Part shown: in pieces, positions 52,839 through 61,201 of the stretch
Position numbering within the stretch: position 1 is the stretch's first letter
Layout: the number at the start of each line of letters is the position of its first letter
Source of the DNA: an uncultured bacterium
GTDB taxonomy: Bacteria; Chloroflexota; Limnocylindria; QHBO01
Assembly: GCA_965652075.1 (NCBI GenBank)
Contig: CBFGTN010000003.1
Coordinates: 5,402 to 69,401, forward strand
DNA: 64,000 nt
Reading direction: 5' to 3'
Position numbers and translations under genes: made by a program
The notes under the pieces: generated by a model
Told to the model about the DNA's origin: nothing
The model's database searches: none
The model's input: the letters and a program-made list of their open reading frames with translations, nothing else

Positions 52839-54077
52839 ATGCGCGTGGAGGCGACTGACCTCGCGATCCTGGCCGGCGCACTGATGGTCTACGCCGTCGT
52901 CTCTCGCCGCCTGAGCCGGACGGTCGTGACCCCGGCGATCGCGTTCCTCAGCGCCGGGCTCGTTCTCGGCGACGCCGTCCTCGGATGGTTCACGGTGGAA
53001 GCCGATGGCGACGCCCTTCGGCTGATCGCGGAGACGACGCTCACGCTCGTCCTGTTTGCCGATGCCTCGCGGATCAACCTTCGACTTCTGCGACACGAGA
53101 TTGCGGTTCCGGTGCGCCTGCTGGGGATCGGCCTCCCGCTGACGATCCTGGCCGGGGCAGGGCTTGCGCTGATCGTGCTGCCCGAGCTGGCCGTGGTCGA
53201 GGCCGTCCTTCTCGCGATTGCCGTCGCCCCGACCGATGCCGCGCTCGGGCAGTCCGTGGTATCGGACGAGCGCGTGCCGTCCCGGATTCGCCAGGGCCTG
53301 AATGTCGAGAGCGGCCTGAATGACGGGCTGTGCGTGCCGCTCCTGCTCATCGCGCTCGCCATCGCATCGGCCGAGGGGGGAGGCGAGACCGAGCCGGTCC
53401 GGCTGATCCTCGAAGAGATCGGCTTCGGCGTGGCGGGCGGGATCGCCGGCGGCGTCGCCGGCGCCTATGCACTGCGCCTGGGCCGACGGCGGGGCTGGGT
53501 CGCCACCGCGTGGGCGCCGCTCGTGCCGCTTGCCGCCGTCGGCCTGGCCTACGGCCTGGCGTCGGCGATCGGGGGCAGCGGGTTGATCGCCGCCTTCGCC
53601 GCGGGCCTGACCTTCGGGACGATCGCCTCGGACAGGGAGGAGCAGGCCGCCGAGATGCTCGAGACGATCGGGGATGGCTTCAGCGCGGCGACGTTCCTCG
53701 TCTTCGGTGCCGCGATCGTCCCGCTCGTCCTCGGCGTTGCGGACTGGTCGATGGTGCTCTTCGCCGTGCTGGCGCTCACGGTGGCGCGCATGCTGCCGGT
53801 CGCCATCGCGCTGGCCGGGACAGGCGCCCGTGCCCCGACGGTGGCGTTCGTCGGCTGGTTCGGGCCGCGAGGGCTGGCCTCGATCGTCTTCGGCGTCCTG
53901 ATCCTGCAGGCAGGCCCGATCTCGAACCTCGAGCCGATCCTGGCCACGATCACCCTGACCGTGATCCTGTCGGTCTACGCGCACGGCTTCACGGCGTCGC
54001 CGCTCACGGAGCGATACCTCGCGTGGGCTCGGCGACAGCCTCGCGCCACGCCCGCCGGCGCCGGAATCGAACCATGA
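52839..54077 (+). CDS. Cation:proton antiporter (CPA1 / NhaP-type Na+/H+ exchanger)
   Basis: About 11-12 TM helices are present, with LFADASRINL, IAVAPTDAAL and GLNDGLCVP motifs typical of the Na_H_Exchanger family. An alternative GTG start at 52845 fits the AGGAG SD better. Confidence 0.8.
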   Translation: MRVEATDLAILAGALMVYAVVSRRLSRTVVTPAIAFLSAGLVLGDAVLGWFTVEADGDALRLIAETTLTLVLFADASRINLRLLRHEIAVPVRLLGIGLPLTILAGAGLALIVLPELAVVEAVLLAIAVAPTDAALGQSVVSDERVPSRIRQGLNVESGLNDGLCVPLLLIALAIASAEGGGETEPVRLILEEIGFGVAGGIAGGVAGAYALRLGRRRGWVATAWAPLVPLAAVGLAYGLASAIGGSGLIAAFAAGLTFGTIASDREEQAAEMLETIGDGFSAATFLVFGAAIVPLVLGVADWSMVLFAVLALTVARMLPVAIALAGTGARAPTVAFVGWFGPRGLASIVFGVLILQAGPISNLEPILATITLTVILSVYAHGFTASPLTERYLAWARRQPRATPAGAGIEP

Positions 54078-54157
54078 TCGGGTCGAGACACGGCCTCGCT
54101 GCGGGTGGGTTCGCGGCCCCCGATTGCCTGGACGGCGTCAGGCGACGAACGGGCCGT

Positions 54158-54166
54158 TTGGTAGAA
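54158..54166 (+). promoter_or_regulatory. Candidate extended -10 promoter (TGgTAGAAT) upstream of yebC
   Basis: TGGTAGAAT lies at 54158..54166, about 54 nt upstream of the ATG. The GGAGA SD follows downstream. Confidence 0.4.
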
Positions 54167-54219
54167 TTCGCCGCCGCACTGAGCACGAATGCGCCCCGAT
54201 CGCGTGGGCCGGAGAACCG

Positions 54220-54978
54220 ATGTCAGGGCATAGCAAGTGGTCGCAGATCAAGCGACAGAAGGGCGCCAATGACGCGAAGCGCGGCGCCCTGTTCACCAAG
54301 CTGACGCGCGAGATCATCACTGCCGCCCGTCAGGGCGGTGGGGATCCGGACGCCAACTATCGGCTGCGCATGGCCATGGACAAGGCTCGCGCGAACTCGA
54401 TGCCGGCCGACAACATCAAGCGCGCGATCGAGCGGGCGACCGGTGGCGGCGCCGATGCCGAGCAGTTCGAGGAGATCACCTACGAGGGGATCGGTCCCGC
54501 CAGCGTGGCCGTGATCGTCGCGGCGATGACCGATAACCGGAACCGGACCGCGTCCGAGGTGCGGAGCATCTTCACGCGCCACGGCGGGACGCTTTCGACG
54601 GTGGCGTGGCAGTTCGTCCAACGCGGCGTGATCAGCATTCCGCTCGACGGCCGCGACCCGGATGAGATCACGCTCGCCGCCATCGACGCCGGCGCGGCCG
54701 ATGTGGCGGCGCCGGATGCCGGCTCGATCCTCGTCACCACGGAGCCCGGCGATCTCGAGAGCGTGCGGAGAGCGCTGGCCGAGGCGGGGTATCGCGCGGA
54801 GTCCGCCGAGCTGTCCATGGAGCCGACGACCCCCGTCGAGATCAGCGACCCGAAGACCGCCCGCCAGGTCCTGGAGTTCGTCGAGCGTCTCGAGGACCTC
54901 GACGACGTGCAGGAGGTCTACGCAAATTTCGACATCCCCGGCGAGCTCATGGAGCAGCTCGAGGCACAGATCGCCTAG
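54220..54978 (+). CDS. yebC: YebC/PmpR-family DNA-binding transcriptional regulator
   Basis: MSGHSKWSQIKRQKGANDAKRGALFTKLTREI...NMPADNIKRAIERA-type sequence. Confidence 0.93.
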   Translation: MSGHSKWSQIKRQKGANDAKRGALFTKLTREIITAARQGGGDPDANYRLRMAMDKARANSMPADNIKRAIERATGGGADAEQFEEITYEGIGPASVAVIVAAMTDNRNRTASEVRSIFTRHGGTLSTVAWQFVQRGVISIPLDGRDPDEITLAAIDAGAADVAAPDAGSILVTTEPGDLESVRRALAEAGYRAESAELSMEPTTPVEISDPKTARQVLEFVERLEDLDDVQEVYANFDIPGELMEQLEAQIA

Positions 54979-55868
54979 GCTGCGAGCTCCTCGATCGCAG
55001 GGACGACCTCCCGGCCGATGACCGCCAGGTGGCGCAGGTCCGCGACCTCGGGCATGTTGACGATCAGGTGCTGGACGCCGGCATCGGCCTGTGCGCGCGC
55101 CCGCGCGACCACGTCCTGTGCCGACATCCGTCCGGGTCGCAGGTCGACCTCGTCGAGGGCGGTGATCTCGATCTCGCCGACGTCGCGGCCGAGCTCGTCG
55201 CAGTGCGCTCGGAGCACCTCGAGCTTCGTGCGAATCTCGTGCGGCTCGAGCACGAGGAAGTTGCACGCATCGGCGTAGCGTGCGACGAGGCGCAGGGTCC
55301 GACGTTCGCCGTTGCCTCCGATCATGATCGGCGGGTGTGGACGGCTCAGCGGCTGCGGCCGGATGATCGGCTCGGCGAGCTCATTGAACGACCCGGTGAA
55401 CGACGAGCGATCGTCCGCCCAGAGCTGATGGGCGATGCGCAGCGTTTCCTCGAGCCTGGCGAAGCGTTCACGACGCTCCGGCCAGGGAAGGCCGAGCCCA
55501 AGCGCTTCGTGCTGGTACCAGCCGGCGCCGATGCCGAAGGTCAGACGCCCACCCGAGAGGACATCCACGGTCGTGGCGGTCTTCACGAGCAGGCCGGGCG
55601 AGCGGAAGACGGCGCAGCCCACGAGCGCGCCAAGGCGGATGCGAGACGTGACCCCGGCCAGGAAGCCGAGCGTCGAGTACGACTCGAGCATCGGCTCCTC
55701 CGGACCGCCCCAGCCGGTGTCCTCCGGGAGCTGGAAGAGGTGGTCCATCACCCACAGCGACTCGAACCCTGCCTCCTCGGCGGCCCGGGCGATCTCGACC
55801 AGGTGCCCGCCCAGCGCCGGCGTCCCGCCGGGGAAGCTGAAGGAGGGCAGCTGCAGGCCGAGCCGCAT
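54975..55868 (-). CDS. Luciferase-like monooxygenase (LLM) class oxidoreductase, probably F420-dependent
   Basis: MRLGLQLPSFSFPGG...AEEAGFESLWVMDHLFQ...FGIGAGWYQHE resembles the Rv1855c-type LLM subfamily as I recall it. Confidence 0.7.
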   Translation of the reverse strand: MRLGLQLPSFSFPGGTPALGGHLVEIARAAEEAGFESLWVMDHLFQLPEDTGWGGPEEPMLESYSTLGFLAGVTSRIRLGALVGCAVFRSPGLLVKTATTVDVLSGGRLTFGIGAGWYQHEALGLGLPWPERRERFARLEETLRIAHQLWADDRSSFTGSFNELAEPIIRPQPLSRPHPPIMIGGNGERRTLRLVARYADACNFLVLEPHEIRTKLEVLRAHCDELGRDVGEIEITALDEVDLRPGRMSAQDVVARARAQADAGVQHLIVNMPEVADLRHLAVIGREVVPAIEELAA

Positions 55869-55879
55869 CGGTCGGACGC

Positions 55880-57016
55880 TCAGCCGGCCGTGCCGGTCCG
55901 ACGCCGGCGTGCGGAAGCTGCGGGTGGCCTCGACGCCGCGGAGGGAGGTGTCGCGGCGCCGAGGTACCCGCCGAGCAATGCGCCCAGGTCCGGCACGGTC
56001 TCCTGGCGCAGCCGATAACGCTTCTGCCCGACGCCGACCGCGACGAGGCCGGCGGAGCGCAGCACGATCATGTGGTGGTGCATGCTCGTCTTCGGGACGC
56101 CGAACATCTCGGCGAGCTCCATGAGGCTCTTCTCGCCGTCGGCGAGCGCGCGCAGGATGCGCAGCCGCTTCTCGTCTCCGAGCGCCTTCGAGAGTCGCAC
56201 CAGCCGGAGCGGGGGAGCGTCAGCGTCGGCGGTCACGCTCTCGTCGGCGACCGGATAGACGATGAGCAGCACCTCGCCGAACTCGTTGTAGGTCACGAGC
56301 GGCCGATTCACGAAGCTCGGGATCATGATCACGCGATCGATCCCGGGGCGCGGCGCGAACTCCACGCCATTCGTGGCGGTGGTGATGAACCGATCGAGCG
56401 GCAGGTCACGCTGAAGGTCGCGCTTGGCCTCCGCGTCGCGCTCGAGGATCGGCATGATCGTCAGCGACTCCGGCTTCCACACGCGCTCGGCCCACTCTTC
56501 GAGCACCGCGATCAGCTCGGCCTTGAAGGCCTCGGGGTCGACGTCCAGGACGCCGGTGAGGTACGCCGTCCAGGGCTCCCACTCGGGGTGCGAGGTGCGC
56601 AGGAACTCGCGGCGGGCGTCTGGATCGCCGCCGATCGCGGCACGAATCACCGATGGCGGCGTCGCGCGCCGCGTCTCCCGGGCGTAGAACTGGACGAGGT
56701 GCAGGCGGATCTCGTTCGCATCGGTGTCGCGCAGGTGGGCGAGGAATGCGGGCACGTCGCGTGGAGCGGGCGTGTCGTACACGAGGCCGATGAGGTTCAC
56801 GAACGTGTCGTTCTCGCCGATCATCACCCCGCCGATGCGCTGGATGAGGTCGTCGCCGGCGCGCTCCCGCGCCTCGTCGAGCCACGCTTCGCCGACCTCG
56901 TACGTGTCCGCGTCGTGCTCGGCGAACGTCACGGCAATCGACTGCAGCAGCTCGTAGGCGGGGGAGACGTCAACCTTGAGGATCGGCGGGCTGTCGGGGC
57001 GACGCGTGGGTGCCAT
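55880..57016 (-). CDS. ArsR/SmtB-type wHTH regulator with a large N-terminal domain (DUF5937-like)
   Basis: The C-terminal ArsR HTH is LSKALGDEKRLRILRALADGEKSLMELAEMFGVPKTSMHHHMIVLRSAGLV. The roughly 260-aa N-terminal domain has unknown function. Confidence 0.75.
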   Translation of the reverse strand: MAPTRRPDSPPILKVDVSPAYELLQSIAVTFAEHDADTYEVGEAWLDEARERAGDDLIQRIGGVMIGENDTFVNLIGLVYDTPAPRDVPAFLAHLRDTDANEIRLHLVQFYARETRRATPPSVIRAAIGGDPDARREFLRTSHPEWEPWTAYLTGVLDVDPEAFKAELIAVLEEWAERVWKPESLTIMPILERDAEAKRDLQRDLPLDRFITTATNGVEFAPRPGIDRVIMIPSFVNRPLVTYNEFGEVLLIVYPVADESVTADADAPPLRLVRLSKALGDEKRLRILRALADGEKSLMELAEMFGVPKTSMHHHMIVLRSAGLVAVGVGQKRYRLRQETVPDLGALLGGYLGAATPPSAASRPPAASARRRRTGTAG

Positions 57017-57041
57017 GGATCGGACCTCCTGGCGTGAGGGA

Positions 57042-57263
57042 TCAGGCGGCGCGAGGCTGTGGCTTGGCGGTCGGTCGAGCGGGCTCGACCGTCTCGCCTC
57101 CGATGGCGGTCCCGGCCCCGATCAGGGCGCGACCGACTCGCACGCGCAGGCTCGGCGCGTGGTCGAGCGAGTGCGAGCTCTCGATTCGCGGCGTGGGCCG
57201 CAGGCGTCGCTGGCGCTCCGCATGGATGGGCTCCAGGACGCTGGGGTTCGGCATGAGCATCAT
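57042..57263 (-). CDS. Hypothetical 73-aa protein upstream of the ArsR-like gene
   Basis: The ATG at 57263 has a GGAAGG SD 10 nt upstream. The frame is GC3-rich and ends 25 nt before the ArsR-like start. I recognise no motif. Confidence 0.35.
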   Translation of the reverse strand: MMLMPNPSVLEPIHAERQRRLRPTPRIESSHSLDHAPSLRVRVGRALIGAGTAIGGETVEPARPTAKPQPRAA

Positions 57264-57328
57264 CGTTCTGGAACCTTCCATTCGTCCGGTATCTGTGTTG
57301 GCATCCGGTAGACTTCGAACACATCCGT

Positions 57329-57357
57329 ATGGTACGAACTCCACCGTACGCTGTCAA
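57329..57357 (-). promoter_or_regulatory. Candidate promoter TTGACA-17 nt-TACCAT driving the small-ORF/ArsR-like operon
   Basis: On the minus strand, a consensus -35 lies at 57357..57352 and a TANNNT -10 at 57334..57329. The inverted repeat TGTGTT (57294..57299) / AACACA (57318..57323) lies just downstream of the predicted TSS. Confidence 0.45.
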
Positions 57358-57414
57358 GCCCTTCGTACGACCGATGTCGAACGCCGACGCGGGCGAGCGG
57401 GCTACCATGCCGGC

Positions 57415-57909
57415 GTGATCACGCTCGGCATCGATCCAGGCACGGCGGTGTGCGGCTTCGGCGTGATCGCGCTGGACGCCGGGACGCTTCGGCTCGTCGA
57501 CGCCGGCGTCATCCGCACGGACGTCGAGGAGGCCGACACCGAGCGGCTGCGGCGTCTGCACGCGGCCCTCGCGACGATCGTCACCGAGCACCGTCCCGAT
57601 CGGATCGCGGTCGAACGGCTGTTCTTCCAGCGCAACGTCCAGACGGCGATGGCGGTCGGCCAGGCTCGAGGCGTCGTCCTGCTCGCCGCGGCTGAGGCTC
57701 ACGTTCCGGTCGACGAGCCCACTCCGAACGAGGTGAAGCTGGCGGTGTGTGGGAACGGGGCGGCCGACAAGCGTCAGGTGGCCTCGATGGTCGAGCGATT
57801 GCTCGGAATCTCGCTGGAGCGGGTGCCCGACGACGCCACCGACGCGCTCGCCCTCGCGATTGGCTGCGCCTACCGGGCCGACGCGGAGCGAGGGCTGATC
57901 CGACAGTGA
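57415..57909 (+). CDS. ruvC: Holliday junction resolvase RuvC
   Basis: ITLGIDPGTAVCGFGVI...RIAVERLFFQRNVQTAMAVGQARGV...DATDALALAI. The GTG start has a TACCAT box 7 nt upstream. Confidence 0.92.
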   Translation: MITLGIDPGTAVCGFGVIALDAGTLRLVDAGVIRTDVEEADTERLRRLHAALATIVTEHRPDRIAVERLFFQRNVQTAMAVGQARGVVLLAAAEAHVPVDEPTPNEVKLAVCGNGAADKRQVASMVERLLGISLERVPDDATDALALAIGCAYRADAERGLIRQ

Positions 57910-58481
57910 TCGGCTCGCTTCGCGGTGCCGTCACGCACGTCGGCCCCGACCATGCCCTCGTCGAGGTCGGCGGGGTCGGTTACCGCGTCGTGGCAGGCCC
58001 GGCGCTGCTCGCGAAGCTGCGCCCGGGGACGGAGGCCTCGGTCTTCATCCATCACCTCGTCCGCGAGGACCAGCAGGCGCTCTTCGGGTTCGCGAGCGCC
58101 GAGGAGCTCGCATTCTTCGAGCTGCTGATGACGGTCTCGCAGGTCGGCCCGCGCCTCGCATTGGCCATCACCTCGGCGCACGCGGTCACGCGGCTGCAGC
58201 TCGCGATCGTCACCGACGACGTTGACGTCTACACGAGCGTCTCCGGCGTCGGCCGCAAGACGGCGCAGCGGATCATCCTCGAGCTCAAGGAGAAGGTGCA
58301 CGCCGCCGGGATCGCGGTCGGGCCGGGCGCCGGGTCGGACTCGGACGTCGTCGCCGCGCTCGAGTCGCTCGGCTACACGGCGACCGAGGCGCGTCGTGCC
58401 GCCGGCGCCGTCGCCGGGGCCGACGATGCCCTCGACGCCCGGATCAAGGCGGCGCTCCAGGAGCTCGCGCGCTCGCGCTAG
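57906..58481 (+). CDS. ruvA: Holliday junction branch-migration complex subunit RuvA
   Basis: IGSLRGAVTHVGPDHALVEVGGVGYRV...ELAFFELLMTVSQVGPRLALAI...VSGVGRKTAQRIILELK. The GTG overlaps the ruvC stop. Confidence 0.92.
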   Translation: MIGSLRGAVTHVGPDHALVEVGGVGYRVVAGPALLAKLRPGTEASVFIHHLVREDQQALFGFASAEELAFFELLMTVSQVGPRLALAITSAHAVTRLQLAIVTDDVDVYTSVSGVGRKTAQRIILELKEKVHAAGIAVGPGAGSDSDVVAALESLGYTATEARRAAGAVAGADDALDARIKAALQELARSR

Positions 58482-58485
58482 GAGG

Positions 58486-58947
58486 ATGGATGAGCCACGG
58501 GACCCGCGCTGGTCCGATCCCGCCGTCGCAGAGCGGATCCTCCGGTCATTCCGCGTGTGGGCCGTCGTCGGCTGCTCGTCGCGCCCGTGGCGCGCCTCGT
58601 TCGGCGTCTCGCGCTACCTGCTGAGCCAGGGGTACGGCGTCGTACCGATCAACCCGAAGGAGGAGATCGTCCACGGCAAGCTCGCGTATCCCGACCTGCG
58701 ATCGGTGCCCGCCGACCCGCGAGCCCCGATCGAGGTTGTCGACCTCTTCCGCCGCTCGGACCTCGTCCTGCCGCACGTCGAGGAGGCGATCGAGCTCGGG
58801 GCGAAGGCGGTCTGGATGCAGCTCGAGGTCTGGAACGAGGAGGCGGCGCAGCTGGCCGCCGATGCCGGGCTGCTCGTCGTCATGGACCGATGCCCGGCGA
58901 TCGACCACCCGGCCATGATCGGCGCCGCATCAGGTGGCGCGCCGTGA
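58486..58947 (+). CDS. CoA-binding domain protein (YccU/YneT-like)
   Basis: FRVWAVVGCSSRPWRASFGVSRYLLSQGYGVVPINPK...VDLFRRSDLV...AKAVWMQLEVWNEEA is typical of this family. Confidence 0.8.
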   Translation: MDEPRDPRWSDPAVAERILRSFRVWAVVGCSSRPWRASFGVSRYLLSQGYGVVPINPKEEIVHGKLAYPDLRSVPADPRAPIEVVDLFRRSDLVLPHVEEAIELGAKAVWMQLEVWNEEAAQLAADAGLLVVMDRCPAIDHPAMIGAASGGAP

Positions 58948-58956
58948 CGGCCGCCC

Positions 58957-59883
58957 TCAGTCGCGGCGAAGCACCAGCCCGATGTGCCCGAACGGTGGGC
59001 GCGGATCGGCGTACGTCTTCGTCCGCCCGTCGTCGCCCTCCGCGCCGAGATCCCACAGCCGGTTCTGCGCGTCGAAGCTGACCGATGCCAGCTGCGGCCA
59101 TCGGTCGAGCATCCGCGCCCCGATCTCGTTCACCAGGTGCTGGATCGAGAGCGACACGAACTCGTGGAACACGGCGTTCGCGAGGTCCGCGACCTGCTCG
59201 GCGGCGACGTACCGCGCCGGATCGGAGAGAACGGCGTCGGACGCGTCGGAGTACGTCCAGCCGATGTCGCACCAGATGTACAGCGGCCGGTCGCGGCGCT
59301 CGGGCAGCGTCGTGTGCTCGTCACGGGCGAAGTCGGCGAACGCGGATCCGGTGATCTTGATGAGCTGGAGCTCGCGCCGTCCCGACCCGTGGTCGGTGAT
59401 CCGCACGACGCCGGCCTCGTCGCGCTCCAGCTCGAGGCGGGCCGATCCGTAGTCGCATCGGTCTCGCGTGAACAGGCGGTCGGACGCCTTGAAGCCGTCG
59501 CCGTCGGCCGCCGGGACGAGCGCAGCCGGAAAGGGGAGGTCGCGGCCGACGATCGTCAGCCGCTCCATGTGCGGGTAGGTGTCCAGGAAGGCGGTGCCGA
59601 CCTCGAGGAGCCACTCCTCCAGGCACCGCGCGCGGGCCGTCAGCGACGCGGCGTGGATGAAGTTCTTCATCGTGTCGGTCGCGACGACGAGACGGTTGTC
59701 GCCCTTCGTGTAGGCCTCGAGGAACTGGGTCCCGCGGACGATGACCTCGATCTCCGCGGCGGCGAGGACGTTGTCGCGTCCGACGAAGGGCGACTCGGGG
59801 ATGTGCGTGATGCCGGTCAGCGGCTCGGCGTACGTCCGGTAGACCTTGACGTCCGCCTTGCCGTAGCGAATCTCGTGCTTCAC
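58957..59883 (-). CDS. Factor-independent urate hydroxylase (uricase)
   Basis: YGKADVKVYR...VATDTMKNFIH...two T-fold repeats. The GTG start overlaps the uraD stop. Confidence 0.88.
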   Translation of the reverse strand: MKHEIRYGKADVKVYRTYAEPLTGITHIPESPFVGRDNVLAAAEIEVIVRGTQFLEAYTKGDNRLVVATDTMKNFIHAASLTARARCLEEWLLEVGTAFLDTYPHMERLTIVGRDLPFPAALVPAADGDGFKASDRLFTRDRCDYGSARLELERDEAGVVRITDHGSGRRELQLIKITGSAFADFARDEHTTLPERRDRPLYIWCDIGWTYSDASDAVLSDPARYVAAEQVADLANAVFHEFVSLSIQHLVNEIGARMLDRWPQLASVSFDAQNRLWDLGAEGDDGRTKTYADPRPPFGHIGLVLRRD

Positions 59884-60824
59884 GCCTCCTCCTCGCCGAA
59901 CAGCTCGGCCGCGGCCCGCCGAATGTCGGCCTCGATCTCGTCGCGGTCGCCCTCGTGGGCATCCCAGCGCGACACGAGGTCGCGGAACTGCGGGTTGCCG
60001 GAGACCGCCACGATCCGGCGCGCGCCGTCGATCGGGTAGCTCACGTCACCGATGATCGACGCCGCCGCGTGGAGCGCCAGCAGCTGCCCGGCCTGGTCCG
60101 CGTCCCAGCCCTCGAGGCCGATCTCCGCCATCAGGCCCGCGACCGCCGCCTGGGAGGGTGCGTCGGCGTCGTCGATCGAGAGCGCCAGGAGGGCCGGCGA
60201 CTCGACGCCCTCCTCGATGAGCCGGTGCGTGGCGCGGATGAGCCCGTCGTGGTCGGACTCGCCGACCATGTAGCGCGAGACGGCGAGCGCGATCGACTCG
60301 CGGACCGCCTCGGACAGCGCCCTGGGTCCGCGCAGCCTGTCCCATCGGTCGTGTGCGATGAGCGCGACGTCGTCGAGGCCCCGGCGCAGCTCCTCGTCGC
60401 GGTCCGCCCGAAGCGCATGCTCGAGGATGGGGATGATGTCCGCCCGCGGCCGGCCGGCGACGAAGACGACGAAGCGGAACCCGAACAACCCCTCGTACGC
60501 CTCGTTCAGGGCGGCGAGCTCGTTGGCGACCCAGGACTCGTCGGGCGGCGCGTGCTCGGCGTAGCCCTGCTCCTCGCGCGATTGCGTCGAGACGGACTCG
60601 GGGTCCGCCCCGATCCGAGGGTGCGCGTTCAGGAGCTCGACCTGCTCGGCCTCGGGCAGCTCGCGCGCGACCGCCCGGGCGGCGTCGAAGAGCCCGTCGT
60701 CGGTCTCGAAGGGCCGGGCATCGGCGAGGCGGCGCACGAAGGAGGGAGCGCCCTCGAACAGCGGTTCGACGGCGGTGACGAAATCGTCCGCCGGCATGGC
60801 GTCGAGCTCCTCGACGGTGGGCAT
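59880..60824 (-). CDS. uraD: OHCU decarboxylase with a C-terminal extension of about 140 aa of unknown function
   Basis: The N-terminal half is typical OHCU decarboxylase: FVTAVEPLFEGAPSF...LLNAHPRIG...EQ...LNEAYEGLFGFRFVVFVAGR. The rest (from about ALSEAVRESIAL) has no motif I recognise. Confidence 0.8.
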   Translation of the reverse strand: MPTVEELDAMPADDFVTAVEPLFEGAPSFVRRLADARPFETDDGLFDAARAVARELPEAEQVELLNAHPRIGADPESVSTQSREEQGYAEHAPPDESWVANELAALNEAYEGLFGFRFVVFVAGRPRADIIPILEHALRADRDEELRRGLDDVALIAHDRWDRLRGPRALSEAVRESIALAVSRYMVGESDHDGLIRATHRLIEEGVESPALLALSIDDADAPSQAAVAGLMAEIGLEGWDADQAGQLLALHAAASIIGDVSYPIDGARRIVAVSGNPQFRDLVSRWDAHEGDRDEIEADIRRAAAELFGEEEA

Positions 60825-60827
60825 CCC

Positions 60828-61175
60828 TCAGCTGCCCCGATACGTGCTCATCCCGAACGGGCTGAGCAGCAGCGGCACGTGATAGGACCGATCCGGATCG
60901 GTGATCCGCAGCGCGACGGCAGCGCTCTGGAAGAACGCATCGGGCTCGTCGGCATAGCCGCCGACGTCGAAGGCAAGCTGATAGTCCCCCTCGGTCAGGG
61001 GAGCGCCGTCGAGGAGATCTCGAATCCGTCCGTCGTCATCGGTGCGCAGCTCGCTGACGAGCTCGGGCGAGCCGTCATCGTCGAGGCGGAAGAGCGCGAC
61101 CCCGACGTCGGGCGCGGGATCGCCGCTGGCGAGGTCGAGGACGTGCGTGCTGATGGTCGGGCGCGCGGCCGCCAT
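60828..61175 (-). CDS. uraH: 5-hydroxyisourate hydrolase (transthyretin-like)
   Basis: ISTHVLDLASGDPA...YHVPLLLSPFGMSTYRGS, including the diagnostic C-terminal YRGS. Confidence 0.92.
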   Translation of the reverse strand: MAAARPTISTHVLDLASGDPAPDVGVALFRLDDDGSPELVSELRTDDDGRIRDLLDGAPLTEGDYQLAFDVGGYADEPDAFFQSAAVALRITDPDRSYHVPLLLSPFGMSTYRGS

Positions 61176-61201
61176 GGGAGCCTCCGCTATGCTCCGCCAT
61201 C

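Noticed and set aside
57315-57382. Possible LexA (Cheo-type) SOS box upstream of ruvC. TCGAAC half-sites occur at 57315..57320 and 57377..57382.
   Set aside because: Neither half-site is followed by the N4-GTTCGA partner; the downstream sequences are ACATCCGTAT and GCCGACGCGG. No complete palindrome is therefore present.
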